DNA from: Lama guanicoe
Taxonomy: Eukaryota
Length of the DNA stretch: 64,000 nt
Direction of reading: 5' to 3'
NCBI GenBank assembly: GCA_013239625.1
Contig: MU054220.1
Span: forward strand, 1,665,509 to 1,729,508
Below the pieces are notes generated by a model that was given only the letters and a program-made list of their open reading frames with translations, ran no database searches and was not told the origin of the DNA. The translations under genes and the position numbers were made by a program. Shown here one piece after another: positions 62,906 to 64,000 of the stretch (the first letter of the stretch is position 1; each line of letters begins with the position of its first letter).

Positions 62906-64000
62906 TTACATGTGTGGATACGTGAGTATAAAGAAAAATTACAGTGATGAAAAGAACAGATAAAGACACAGGGTGAGGGCTACTCCTCTCCTCTCCTTGT
63001 TGAGCACAGATGAATGTTTTCCAACACATCTGTCAATCCATTTGGAGGCCTCAGGGACTTCCTGGGTGTGGCGCTGGGCATGAGCCTGGATACTGCTTGG
63101 CTCTGCGTGGCTGGGAGGCATCTGGGGTTGGGGGGCTGCAGACCCATTTCTCTGATTTCACTGAGCTGCCCAGGGCCTCACTTTAACATGTTGTTTCTGG
63201 CTCTGGTATCCTTACTGGGGGCCTTTCTCGGCAGCCAGGCCCTGGCCCTCTATTTCTGGAAGGTGGGACTGCTCCTGAGCCCATTGACCAGGTGATGGTT
63301 GCGAGACCAGCATGGCCTGGTGTCGCCAGTGCTCTGACAACCCTCCCCGCTCCTTGGGCAGTCCAGGGCTAGAGCTAGAGGCTCTAGGCTGCAGGTGGAT
63401 GCACATTCCTTCTGCTTCCACAGTGTGGCCTTCTGTGAGACAGCAAGCTTTCTTCTTGTCAGAGCTTTCCGTGGGGATCTGCAGGCAGGCAGCAATCTCT
63501 TATAAAAAAGCATCTAAGGCCAAGGGTGCCTGAGTTCATGGCTGAAAAGAGGCAGAGCTGGCTGCTTACCCAGAGCCTGCCCCTCTGGAACTTCCAACCC
63601 TAACCCCTTTCAGGTTGTTCTTCCCAGAGCAGCCTTAGCTCCCTCGTGAGTTCCTAGGGTGCCTTCTCCCCGGAGTCTCCAGCCCCGGCCAGAGGATGGC
63701 CCCACTAACTCCACAGAACCCCTGCACCAGTGCCCAGTCTCCCATGGGGCGGCCCGTGTGCAGCGTGTACAGCCAAGCCTCACGACTTTCCCCCTGGCCT
63801 CTCTGCCTTTACCGTCCCCCTTGTTAACTCCCACCCTACCCCTGGCCTGGCCTGTTCTTCCCTTTCCACCATCTCTGCCGACTGAATTCCAGCCCATTTA
63901 CAAGGCCGCTTCCTCTCTGAAGTCTTCTGGACCTGTCCAGGTCCTCAGTGCTGTGTGTCTTTGGGGCCCTGAGCCCTGTCCCCTGAGTCCACAGGCCTTC

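Overview
This is mammalian genomic DNA, probably camelid given the tRNA-Ala-derived vic-1-type SINEs. It is syntenic with human 11p11.2 and holds four intact spliced genes, reconstructed here from GT-AG boundaries. CELF1 (+) has 12 coding exons at 501-14009 (486 aa from the internal ATG; 5' exons lie outside the window) and a complex 3' UTR of about 6.3 kb. RAPSN (+) has 8 exons (412 aa), PSMC3 (+) has 12 exons (439 aa), and SLC39A13/ZIP13 (-) has 9 coding exons plus a non-coding first exon in a CpG island (364 or 371 aa). Introns and spacers contain L1, L2, MIR, MLT LTRs, Tigger/MER DNA transposons and SINEs, some nested. I found no new protein-coding system or CRISPR array. The most interesting signals are regulatory. 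CELF1 has several alternative acceptors, some predicted to trigger NMD, and a 3' UTR intron plus alternative polyadenylation that would add or remove miR-23 sites and GU-rich elements. PSMC3 exon 1 carries an ARE, a YY1 motif and two ATGs. The ZIP13 promoter has a UPRE, and an octamer/C-EBP cluster lies towards where SPI1 is expected. Repeat family names come from recalled consensus sequences and need RepeatMasker/Dfam confirmation.
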